Source: Burkholderiales bacterium (lineage in GTDB: Bacteria > Pseudomonadota > Gammaproteobacteria > Burkholderiales > Burkholderiaceae_C). From it: DNA of 64,000 nucleotides. The DNA lies in NCBI GenBank assembly GCA_038324515.1, contig JBBQIB010000002.1, positions 3,694 through 67,693 of the forward strand. Direction: 5' to 3'. The position numbers were made by a program, and so were the translations under genes. The notes beneath the pieces were generated by a model that saw only the letters and a program-made list of their open reading frames with translations, was not told where the DNA came from and ran no database searches. Position 1 is the first letter of the stretch. Each line of letters opens with the position of its first letter. Positions 1 to 8,120 of this stretch are shown here, in pieces.

Positions 1-1102
1 GGCTGGGGGCAGCGGTTTCGGTCAAGCCATAACCTTCGGCAAAGACCAGACCCATCTCTTGCTGCAGGCGCTCGGCCACTGCCTTGGGCATCGCTGCGCC
101 GCCGCCGGAGAGGTAACGCAGACTGCTCAGATCAAAGCTCTTGTAGTTGGGGCTGCCAAACAAGTCGATGATCATGGTCGGAATGCAGGTCCAGTGTGTG
201 ACGCCGTGGCGGGCAATCAGGCGGCCGGCCAGTTCACGGTCCCAGCGCGGCATCAGCACCACCGTACTGCCCAGGTAAACCGAGCCCAGAGCGCTGTACA
301 TCATGCCGGTGATGTGGAACATCGGCACCACACCCAACGCCACCGTGTCGGCGCTGGCGTGGCTCCACAAGCCGCCTCCGACGATGTTGGGCATCAGGCT
401 GCGGTGGCTGTGCATGCAGCCTTTGGGCATGCCGGTGGTGCCGCTGGTGTAGGGCAACAGGGCCAGATCATCGGGGCCAGCCTGGCTGGGGGTGTCGATG
501 GGTGGGCTGTCCAGCGCTTCTTGCCAACGCACGCTGCCCTCTGGCAGCGCAGGGTCTGCGCTCAACCATTGCAGCATCGCAGGCGTGGGTGTCTCTTGCG
601 CATCCAGCTCGGCGGGCATGGCCTCTGAAAACCTTGTCACGACGATTTTCTGCAGTTGCTGCGCTGCTGGCAACCGGGCGCTCGCCTCACTCAGCATCGA
701 AGCCAGATCGGCGCTGGTAAAAGCCACTTTGGCGCCAGAGTCACCTACGCAATGGGCCAACTCTTCGGCCTTGTTCATCGGGTTGACCGGCACCACCACG
801 GCATCGGCACGCTGCGCAGCATAGAAAGCCACCACGAACTGCGGGCAGTTCTGCATCAACAGCAGCACGCGGTCACCGCGCTGCACGCCTTGGCGCTGCA
901 ACCAGCCGGCCAAGGCCAGCGCCTGGGTGTGCAACTGCCCAAAAGTCAGGCTGCGACCCAAAAAGACATAGGCCGCCTTGTTGGGGTAGCGGCGGGCACT
1001 GACCTCGAGGTTGAACCACAGCGTGGTTTCGGGCAGCGCCAGATCGATGGGCAAGCGGCTGGGCCAGGCGGCAGCGTGCGGGCGCGTATTGATTTCAGAC
1101 AA
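1..1102 (-). CDS. Long-chain fatty acid--CoA ligase (AMP-binding family), 3' end runs off the window
   Basis: Not in the ORF track. Manual minus-strand translation gives LLPYTSGTTGMPKG (AMP-binding P-loop, ~420-460) and FAEGYGLTETAAP (~5-45). Probable TTG start at 1102 with GGAG just upstream. Confidence 0.88.
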   Translation of the reverse strand, partial: MSEINTRPHAAAWPSRLPIDLALPETTLWFNLEVSARRYPNKAAYVFLGRSLTFGQLHTQALALAGWLQRQGVQRGDRVLLLMQNCPQFVVAFYAAQRADAVVVPVNPMNKAEELAHCVGDSGAKVAFTSADLASMLSEASARLPAAQQLQKIVVTRFSEAMPAELDAQETPTPAMLQWLSADPALPEGSVRWQEALDSPPIDTPSQAGPDDLALLPYTSGTTGMPKGCMHSHRSLMPNIVGGGLWSHASADTVALGVVPMFHITGMMYSALGSVYLGSTVVLMPRWDRELAGRLIARHGVTHWTCIPTMIIDLFGSPNYKSFDLSSLRYLSGGGAAMPKAVAERLQQEMGLVFAEGYGLTETAAPS

Positions 1103-1250
1103 AGTGGACTCCGACAAGGGGATGCGCAGGTGTAACCGCAGCCAGACCTGTCGTCACTCAGGCTTTGTCCTCAGCGAGCCGCAAAATTTGTCGGATGCTG
1201 TGTGCAGGGTCAGTACGGAGTCGACCGCGCACACGGGGCAACTCAAGTGC

Positions 1251-3230
1251 TCACTTGTCGCGCCTGGCTGCTTGACGCCATTTTTGGCAGTCGGCATGTG
1301 TATTGCCGCTGAGCTCTGCACGCAGGCACTCACGCTCCATGCACACAAAGTGCATCACCGGGTTGCTGCCGCTGCAGGTGGCCTCCGGGCTTTTGGCGAG
1401 GGCAGCCGCCGGGGCGGCGGCCACAGGCGGTGTCGCGGCTGGCACTGCGGGCTGGAAAACTCCTGGCTGCGCAGCAGGCGCCGTAAACTCCGACGGCCTC
1501 GCAGGTGCTGTGTTGACCACCGGCGCAGCACCGGCCGGCAATGGCCGCGGGCCCGCAGCCACTGACGCATTGGGAAACACTTGGGTGGCCCGACTCTGCG
1601 CCGAATTGGCCCCTGGGTTGGGCATTGCAGGGGTCGCGGTGCGAGGCGGGGCAGCGTTGTTTGCTGAAACATTATTTGAAGGCGCTGCGGCTGGCGCAGC
1701 CAAAGCAGGCGCCCGCGAGAGTGCAGCGGGGGCAGCGACGGCAGCAGTGGTGGGGGCGTCGGCTTGAGCAGCGGTCTGTGCCCCAGGGTCTGGCGAAACC
1801 CCACGCGTGCCCGTCGACTGGGTCGCCGGCTGAGAGGATGTCAATGTCGGTGCCTGGACCGGTTCCTGGACAGGTTGTTGGACCGGTTGCCGCACGGCCA
1901 CAACGCCAGACACAGGTGCAGCAAGCCGCGCCTCCTGTGCCACAGCAGGTGCTGCGGCAGCTTCGATCTGAGCTGGCGCCGGCCCGCCCAAGAACCACCA
2001 GGCTGCAGCAGCGACGGCCACCAGTCCCAAGCCGCCTGCCAGCAGCGCCAGCACCGGCGAGCGGCGAGACCTGTTTGGCGAGTCGACCGTGATGTCCACA
2101 CCCGCAGCCGTGGAGGCCTGCTGCCCGGTGTCGGGAACGGCAGAGGCAGAGGCAGAAGAAACAGCAGACACAGCACCCGCGCGTGACCCCGCCCGCCCAG
2201 AAGGTTGCGACATCGCATCGATCAGCGCCTGGCGCTGCGCCAGGCCCGCCGGGCCACCCGGCAGCACCAGGGTTTCGTCCCACTGTGAATCATTGCTGGT
2301 CGCTTCCGCCGGCCGCAACGGTGGTGGCAGACGCCCAGCCAAAACCTCCTTCAGGGCCGCCACGCTCTGTGGCCGGTCGCGCGGCCGGGGCGCCAGCATC
2401 CAGTCGATGGTGCGCAAAAAGCTCTCGCTGCAGCCGGGCAAACGCTGGGTGGTCAGCGCCGAAGGGTCGTCGTGCACAGCCCGCACCGTGGCCGGCGCGG
2501 GGGGCCGCTTCAGCAGCAGATAGTGCAGCGTCGCACCCAGCGCGTAGAGGTCGGTCCAGGGCCCTTGTTTGATGGCGCCGACCTCAGCGTATTGCTCGAT
2601 CGGCGCGTAAGCCGGCTTCAGTATTGCCGTCAAGGTCTGGCTCTTGTCGCTGAGCACCCGGCGCGCTGCACCAAAGTCCAGCAGCACAGGGTGGCCCTGG
2701 TCGTCGATCTGGATGTTGTCCGGCGCGATGTCGCGATGGAACACGCCTTCAAAGTGCAACCGCTCGATGGCGTTGAGCAAAGGCTCGAGCATCGCGCGCA
2801 CCCAGGCTTCGTCGGGCGCCGTCGCCATGCTCTGGCGTACTTCCTTCAACGTGCGTCCACGCATCACGGGCATGGCCATGTAGGCCGTACCGTTGGCCTC
2901 CCAGAAGCGGTGCACCTTCAGCAGCGAGGGGTCGTCGAATCGAGCCAGCAATCGCGCTTCGTTGACAAAAGACTTCAAGCCCAGCGCAAAGGTTTCTGCA
3001 TCCGACTGCGAGCGCAGCGACACGTGCAACGTCGCAGTGCGACCCGCCAGCGACGAGGGCATGTACTCCTTGACGGCCACCTCACGCTCCAGCGCGTGGT
3101 CAAAGGCCAGGTAGACGATGCCAAAGCCTCCGATGCCGAGCAGTTCGCGCAGTTCGAACTCGCCCAGGCGCGTGCCAATGGGCAAGGCGCTGGGGGCATC
3201 GATACGGGGCGCGGAAGGCTCGGGCGGCAT
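1251..3230 (-). CDS. Membrane-anchored Hanks-type Ser/Thr protein kinase
   Basis: Motifs LGIGGFGIVY, VAVKEY, HRDIAPDNI, DFGAAR, YAPIEQ, DLYALG. Then a TM helix (VLALLAGGLGLVAVAAAAWWF), a Pro/Ala-rich linker and a C-terminal 4-Cys domain. Confidence 0.92.
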   Translation of the reverse strand: MPPEPSAPRIDAPSALPIGTRLGEFELRELLGIGGFGIVYLAFDHALEREVAVKEYMPSSLAGRTATLHVSLRSQSDAETFALGLKSFVNEARLLARFDDPSLLKVHRFWEANGTAYMAMPVMRGRTLKEVRQSMATAPDEAWVRAMLEPLLNAIERLHFEGVFHRDIAPDNIQIDDQGHPVLLDFGAARRVLSDKSQTLTAILKPAYAPIEQYAEVGAIKQGPWTDLYALGATLHYLLLKRPPAPATVRAVHDDPSALTTQRLPGCSESFLRTIDWMLAPRPRDRPQSVAALKEVLAGRLPPPLRPAEATSNDSQWDETLVLPGGPAGLAQRQALIDAMSQPSGRAGSRAGAVSAVSSASASAVPDTGQQASTAAGVDITVDSPNRSRRSPVLALLAGGLGLVAVAAAAWWFLGGPAPAQIEAAAAPAVAQEARLAAPVSGVVAVRQPVQQPVQEPVQAPTLTSSQPATQSTGTRGVSPDPGAQTAAQADAPTTAAVAAPAALSRAPALAAPAAAPSNNVSANNAAPPRTATPAMPNPGANSAQSRATQVFPNASVAAGPRPLPAGAAPVVNTAPARPSEFTAPAAQPGVFQPAVPAATPPVAAAPAAALAKSPEATCSGSNPVMHFVCMERECLRAELSGNTHADCQKWRQAARRDK

Positions 3231-3364
3231 GGCCTTGGCAGCTTATCAGGGTTGCCCCATGGTGGGCATGGGCTTTCTAGGGGGTGGAGATGGACAGAGG
3301 GTGGCACCCCGTCACAGACGGGCAAACTGCACACATTCTGAGCCGAGCGCTTATTCTGCGTGGC

Positions 3365-4006
3365 ATGGACAGTGGTCAGGCTTGGCACCTTTGGTTTGAG
3401 GACCCGTCGCTGCTGGTGGTTGAAAAACCCGCCGAATTGCTGGCCGTGCCCGGCCGGGGCGAAGCCGGGCTGCACAACCTGGCCTCTCAAGTGCAGGCCC
3501 GCTTTGCAGATGCTCTGGTGGTGCATCGGCTCGACATGTCCACCTCGGGCCTGATGCTGTTTGCTCGGGGTGCGCCCGCACAGAGCCTGCTCAACAAGGC
3601 CTTTGCGCAGCGCCGTGTGCACAAGCGCTATGAAGCCGTGGTGGAGGGCTGGATCGAATCAGACGCAGGCAGCATCACCGCCCCTCTGGCAGCCGACTGG
3701 CCCAGCAGGCCGCGCCAGAAGGTGGATCTGGTCCATGGCAAAGCCTCGCTGACCCATTGGCGTGTGCTGCAACGCTGGCAGATGGACGGTCAGCCCCGTA
3801 CGCGCGTGGCGCTGGAACCACACACCGGACGGTCACACCAGTTGCGCGTGCACCTGCAGCACATCGGCCACCCGATCGTTGGCGACAACCTCTACGGCCA
3901 GCCGCCGGGGGCGGGCGAGAGGTTGCTGCTGCACGCCTGCTTTCTGCAGTTCGATCACCCACACACACGGCAGCCCTGCAGGTACGAGAGCCCGGTGCCT
4001 TTTTGA
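3365..4006 (+). CDS. rluA: RluA-family RNA pseudouridine synthase
   Basis: Motifs KPAELL, catalytic VHRLDMSTSGL, TGRSHQLRVHL, GHPIVGD, LLLHA. Start placed at ATG 3365. Confidence 0.85.
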   Translation: MDSGQAWHLWFEDPSLLVVEKPAELLAVPGRGEAGLHNLASQVQARFADALVVHRLDMSTSGLMLFARGAPAQSLLNKAFAQRRVHKRYEAVVEGWIESDAGSITAPLAADWPSRPRQKVDLVHGKASLTHWRVLQRWQMDGQPRTRVALEPHTGRSHQLRVHLQHIGHPIVGDNLYGQPPGAGERLLLHACFLQFDHPHTRQPCRYESPVPF

Positions 4007-4120
4007 GGCTAGAGTGATCCCCACACGACGCCAGCCTGGCAATGCGCGCGCGGGTGGTTCGACACCTCGCCCAGAGGCTCTCGGTTTGGCTCTACTCACC
4101 TTCTTTTGGACCCACCCTTC

Positions 4121-4861
4121 ATGCATCTGAGCATCGTCACTGGCGCTTCACGCGGCCTCGGTCTGGCCATCACCGAACAACTGCTCGCCCAGGGCCACCA
4201 GGTACTGGCCCTGTCGCGCCATCCGCCCAGCGGGCCGGCGGCCAGCGCCAGGAACCTGACAGTCTGGTCGGCCGACCTGGCCGACCCAATGGCTGTGGCG
4301 CAGCGTTTGCACGATTGGCTGCATGCGCAGGCTGCAACGCCGCCCCTCAGCGTCAGTCTGATCAACAACGCCGGCGTCGTGCCGGCGCCGGGGCCGCTGC
4401 AAGCCACGCCGGATGCCGAGCTCAGCCGGGCCCTGCGCGTCAACCTGGAGGCTCCTCTGCTGCTCAGCAGCGCTTTTCTGCGCGCCACGGCAAACTGGAA
4501 GATGCCGCGCAAGCTGTTGCTGGTGTCCTCGGGCCTGGGCCGCTGGGCGATGGCGGGCAGCGCGCTGTACTGCGCCAGCAAAGCCGGCATGGACCACCTG
4601 GCCCGCAGCCTGGCGCTGGAGCAGGCGGCGCTGCCCAACGGCGCCCAGGTGGTGTCGCTGGCGCCCGGCATCATCGACACCGACATGCAGCTGCAGCTGC
4701 GGGGCGCCGACCCCACGCACTTTCCAGAACAAGCCCGCTTTGCTGCGATGAAGGATGAAGGCCGTCTGGACAGCCCGGCGCAAGCTGCAACCAGGCTGCT
4801 GCGCTATCTGGCACGCCCTGACTTTGGCAGCAACCCGGTGGCCGATGTGCGCGACGCCTGA
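4121..4861 (+). CDS. SDR oxidoreductase (benzil/sepiapterin-reductase-like)
   Basis: TGASRGLG Rossmann motif, INNAG, YCASK catalytic YxxxK, APGIIDTDMQ. Confidence 0.88.
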   Translation: MHLSIVTGASRGLGLAITEQLLAQGHQVLALSRHPPSGPAASARNLTVWSADLADPMAVAQRLHDWLHAQAATPPLSVSLINNAGVVPAPGPLQATPDAELSRALRVNLEAPLLLSSAFLRATANWKMPRKLLLVSSGLGRWAMAGSALYCASKAGMDHLARSLALEQAALPNGAQVVSLAPGIIDTDMQLQLRGADPTHFPEQARFAAMKDEGRLDSPAQAATRLLRYLARPDFGSNPVADVRDA

Positions 4862-5445
4862 TGGCCACCCCAGAGAGCCAAGAGCGGCCGGAGAGCCTGG
4901 AGAGCCCCGAGACCCCCCAGACCCGATCGCCCACTGCAAAGCCTGCGCAACATCAGGCCTTGGAAGGCCGGGCCGCAGAGTTGGTGCGAGACCTCGGCCT
5001 GCAACCCCACCCCGAGGGCGGCTGGTATCACGAGCTTTTCAGATCCAGCGCTTCCGTGCTGCCGGACGACGGAAGGCCAGCGCGGTCCGGCCTGACCAGC
5101 ATCGATTTTTTGCTGGTCCAGGGCCAGTTCAGCGCCTGGCATCGGGTCTTGTCCGATGAAGTCTGGCACCTGCTGGAAGGGCCTGCGCTGACTCTTTGGC
5201 TGCTGCCCTTTGAAGCGCCTGCCCAAAAACAAGCGCAGCGCATCAGCCTGCAAAGCAGCACCCGCTTGCGTCACGTCGTGCCTGCAGGCTGGTGGCAGGC
5301 AGCCGAGCCTGCCGGGGCACTGGCCTACGCAGGCGCCACCGTGGGGCCGGGCTTCGACTTCAAGGATTTCAGCTTCGGTCGCGATGACCCCACTCTGTGC
5401 GAAGCCCTGCGTTCGCAGCACCCGCAACTGCTCAGGCTTTTGTGA
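4861..5445 (+). CDS. Cupin_5 / DUF985 family protein
   Basis: Motifs LQPHPEGGWY, SAWHRVLSDEVWH, VPAGWWQAA, TVGPGFDFKDF. TGATG coupling with the SDR stop. Confidence 0.88.
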   Translation: MATPESQERPESLESPETPQTRSPTAKPAQHQALEGRAAELVRDLGLQPHPEGGWYHELFRSSASVLPDDGRPARSGLTSIDFLLVQGQFSAWHRVLSDEVWHLLEGPALTLWLLPFEAPAQKQAQRISLQSSTRLRHVVPAGWWQAAEPAGALAYAGATVGPGFDFKDFSFGRDDPTLCEALRSQHPQLLRLL

Positions 5446-5720
5446 GCGTGACGGCGCCCAGCCAGGATGCCAGATCGGTCTTCAGCTAGACCAGATCCTG
5501 CTGGCGGGCGTACATCATGTGGCCTGCGTCGTAATAACGGTGCTGCACGCGCGCCAGAACATCCGCAGGTGCGTCCAGCTGGGCCAGTGACCAATCGCTG
5601 GCGCTGTAAGGCGTGCCCAGGTCGCAGCGGCCGCTGGCCGCCAGCACCTTGAGCTGCGGATTGCGGCGCAGGGCCTGTGCCAAATCCCAGCGCCTCGCTG
5701 AAGTAGGCCATCGCGGCCAT
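5432..5720 (-). pseudogene. C-terminal relic of a peptidase S10 (serine carboxypeptidase) gene
   Basis: DLAQALRRNPQLKVLAASGRCDLGTPY...HRYYDAGHMMY matches the S10 C-terminus (GxxDLxTP, GHMMY). In-frame TAG at 5486-5488 followed by LKTDLASWL. The N-terminal part is missing. Confidence 0.7.
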
Positions 5721-5792
5721 CGTGCAAAGCGCGGCAATGGCCTCAATGCCGGCAAGAACACGCTGTCTGGCTCCGACCACGGCACGCTGCAA

Positions 5793-6869
5793 CTACTGGG
5801 CATCGACCGCCGACAGCAGCGCCGCAAATCGCGCCAGATCCACATTGCCGCCACTGACGATCACGCCCACCCTCTGGCCACGCACCGGCAACCCTGCTTC
5901 CAGCAGCGCGGCCGCTGCCAGACAACCCGTCGGCTCCACAACCATCTTCATGCGCTCGGCAAAAAAGCGCATCGTGCGCACCAGTTGCCGGTCGCTGACC
6001 GTCAGGATGCGCGGCACCAGCCGCTGGATCACCGCAAAGGTCAGTTCACCGCAGCGGGTGGTTTGTGCGCCGTCGGCGATCGTCTTCGGGGTCTGGATCT
6101 GCACGATGTGGCCCTGGGCCAGGCTTTGCTGCACATCGTTGCCAGCTTCAGGCTCGACGCCGATGACCTCGATGCCCGGGCTGGCTGCTGCTGCCGCCAC
6201 CGCGCTGCCGGCGATCAAGCCGCCGCCGCCCAGGCACACCAACAGCTTGTCCAGCGGCCCCACCTCGTCGATCAACTCGGCGGCCGCCGTACCCTGCCCG
6301 GCCATCACGTCGACATGGTCGTAGGGCGGAATCAAGGTCATGCCGCGCTCCTTGGCCAGATGACGGCCCAGCGCCTCACGGTCTTGCGTGTAGCGGTCGT
6401 AGAGCACCACCTCACTGCCCGGCTGGTCACGCTGGTATTCGCGTGTCGCTGCCAATTTGGCGGCGGGTGAATCCTGCGGCATCACCAACACCGAAGGCAT
6501 GCCCAGCAGCCGCGCCGACAAGGCGATGGCCTGGGCATGGTTGCCCGATGAAAACGCAATCACGCCAGCGCGCCGCTGGGCTGCCTCGAAACGCGCCAGG
6601 GCGTTGTAGGCGCCGCGAAACTTGAAAGCACCCATGCGCTGAAAGTTCTCGCACTTGAAAAACACCTGCGCGCTGGTGAGTCGGTCAGCCGTGCTGGAGC
6701 GCATCACCGGCGTGCGGTGCGCGACACCTTGCAACCTCTGTGCTGCAGCCTGCACGTCAGCAATGTTGATCGGCAAAGAAGGCGCTTCTGAAAGCGCTTG
6801 AGGGGCTGCAATCGGGTGGGATTCGATGGGCATGGGGATAGACATCGGCTTAGACATCGGCTTAGACAT
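5793..6869 (-). CDS. PLP-dependent threo-3-hydroxy-L-aspartate ammonia-lyase / serine-threonine dehydratase family
   Basis: Motifs KCENFQRMGAFKFRGA (PLP lysine), SSGNHAQ, LGGGGL, TIADG, VEPTG, SGGNVD. No ACT domain. Several ATGs lie in an N-terminal repeat. Confidence 0.88.
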   Translation of the reverse strand: MSKPMSKPMSIPMPIESHPIAAPQALSEAPSLPINIADVQAAAQRLQGVAHRTPVMRSSTADRLTSAQVFFKCENFQRMGAFKFRGAYNALARFEAAQRRAGVIAFSSGNHAQAIALSARLLGMPSVLVMPQDSPAAKLAATREYQRDQPGSEVVLYDRYTQDREALGRHLAKERGMTLIPPYDHVDVMAGQGTAAAELIDEVGPLDKLLVCLGGGGLIAGSAVAAAAASPGIEVIGVEPEAGNDVQQSLAQGHIVQIQTPKTIADGAQTTRCGELTFAVIQRLVPRILTVSDRQLVRTMRFFAERMKMVVEPTGCLAAAALLEAGLPVRGQRVGVIVSGGNVDLARFAALLSAVDAQ

Positions 6870-6870
6870 G
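6831..6870. repeat. 12-bp tandem repeat (ATGTCTAAGCCG-like, ~3 copies) encoding MSKP-MSKP-MSIP
   Basis: Read directly from the sequence. Confidence 0.8.
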
Positions 6871-6873
6871 GGC

Positions 6874-7623
6874 TCAGCTCTGCAACTCCGGACCTTGGAA
6901 GGCTTTGCCACGCAAGGTCAACACCAAAGTGTCGCGCCAGGCGGGTTGCTCGCTGTCCACAGGCTGAATGGGCGTGCTTTCGTGAATCACTCGCTCGTCG
7001 TCCAGCAGCAACACACTGCCGGCTTCGCTGAGTGTGAAGCGCATGCCTTGCGGCCCGCGGGCATCGAAGACCCGCGTTTCGCCGCCTTTGATGTTGTGGC
7101 GGTCAAACAACATGACTGCCACCAGATCCACCCCGTCGCGGTGCGCGCCCTCGGGTGTGGGCCGCCCGATGCCTCCTTCGGTGGTGATCCGGAAGGGGTG
7201 CGCTTCCACAAACCAAGCTTGCTCACCGCGCAATCGGCTGGCCAACCCTGCCAGGCCGACCAGCAATGCCTGCCAGGCAGGATCCTGCAGCCAAGTCTCG
7301 GGCATGGGTTCAAACCAGCGTTCTATGCCACCGTGCAGTGCGTTGTAGTCCAGCGGCTGCCAGTGCGCGCGCCGCCCCACAGTGCGCATCCGGGCTGCAG
7401 GTCGCAGCTCAAAACAACTGTGACGGCGCTGTCTGTAGCGGCCACCGTCCATCATGTGGGGGTCGGCGGGCAAATCATGCCAATACCGCGGCCAGGCGGC
7501 AAAGGCACCGGCAGGCAGACCCGCCAGCTCGCGCAGCGAAGCCGCATCCAACACCGCCCAGCCTGCGCTGGCCATCTGGGAATCGAGGTCGGCCAAGGCC
7601 GTCAGTTGGGGGGGAGGCGTCAT
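6874..7623 (-). CDS. 2OG-Fe(II) dioxygenase, PF10014 (BsmA/IDO-like) family
   Basis: Motifs GGRYRQRR, HWQPLDYNALHGG, PTPEGAHRDG (HxD), NIKGGET, HESTPI (distal His), RDTLVLT (2OG-binding Arg). Start uncertain (7623 or 7716). Confidence 0.88.
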   Translation of the reverse strand: MTPPPQLTALADLDSQMASAGWAVLDAASLRELAGLPAGAFAAWPRYWHDLPADPHMMDGGRYRQRRHSCFELRPAARMRTVGRRAHWQPLDYNALHGGIERWFEPMPETWLQDPAWQALLVGLAGLASRLRGEQAWFVEAHPFRITTEGGIGRPTPEGAHRDGVDLVAVMLFDRHNIKGGETRVFDARGPQGMRFTLSEAGSVLLLDDERVIHESTPIQPVDSEQPAWRDTLVLTLRGKAFQGPELQS

Positions 7624-7857
7624 GGCGGGGCAGTCTTCGAGCGTCGGCTGTTTCGGGTCTGAGGCGGGGCTTGCGGGCTGGCCTGAGGACAGCACAAGCC
7701 TGGATTTTGGGGTCATCACTCCAAAACCTTGTCGTCCCACGCCAGTGATTGGGCGTTAAGCTGGCATCCCGTTCTCGAATTGCAGTCTGTGAACACACCC
7801 CTTTGCTCTCCGAGCGCCGCAGTTGACCCAGGGGTCGAGGCGGCCCAGACATCCACC

Positions 7858-8043
7858 ATGTCGCTGGTCGAAATCATCGAACTGAAGTGGCTGCTGGCCG
7901 GTGAGGGTGTGCATGTGCATGTCGAAAGGCTTCAGCAAGACGGCGTCTATGCCCGCAAATTGCTGCACGATGCCTTAGGCAGCGCCAACTATTCGGTGCG
8001 CGACGCAGCGTCCAAGCTGTTGCAGCGTCTGCAGCCGGCCTGA
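7858..8043 (+). CDS. Small hypothetical protein (61 aa)
   Basis: MSLVEIIELKWLLAGEGVHVHVERLQQD... reads as an amphipathic protein with typical codon use and fills an intergenic gap. Confidence 0.6.
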   Translation: MSLVEIIELKWLLAGEGVHVHVERLQQDGVYARKLLHDALGSANYSVRDAASKLLQRLQPA

Positions 8044-8120
8044 CCCCCGCCAGGCGTGGGTGGGTGGCGTAGCATCCCGACCACAGGCTGCCTTCCTGTT
8101 TCAGCCTGCTGGGGCCTGAC

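Noticed and set aside
59-1135. Plus-strand ORFs 59..628 and 656..1135
   Set aside because: They are antisense shadows of the minus-strand acyl-CoA ligase, which the ORF track missed because it runs off the window edge.
4040-4075. GGTGGTTCGACACC as a tRNA T-arm or preQ1 riboswitch upstream of the SDR
   Set aside because: There is no cloverleaf, acceptor stem or CCA, and no A-rich 3' tail as preQ1-I requires. It is only a short hairpin.
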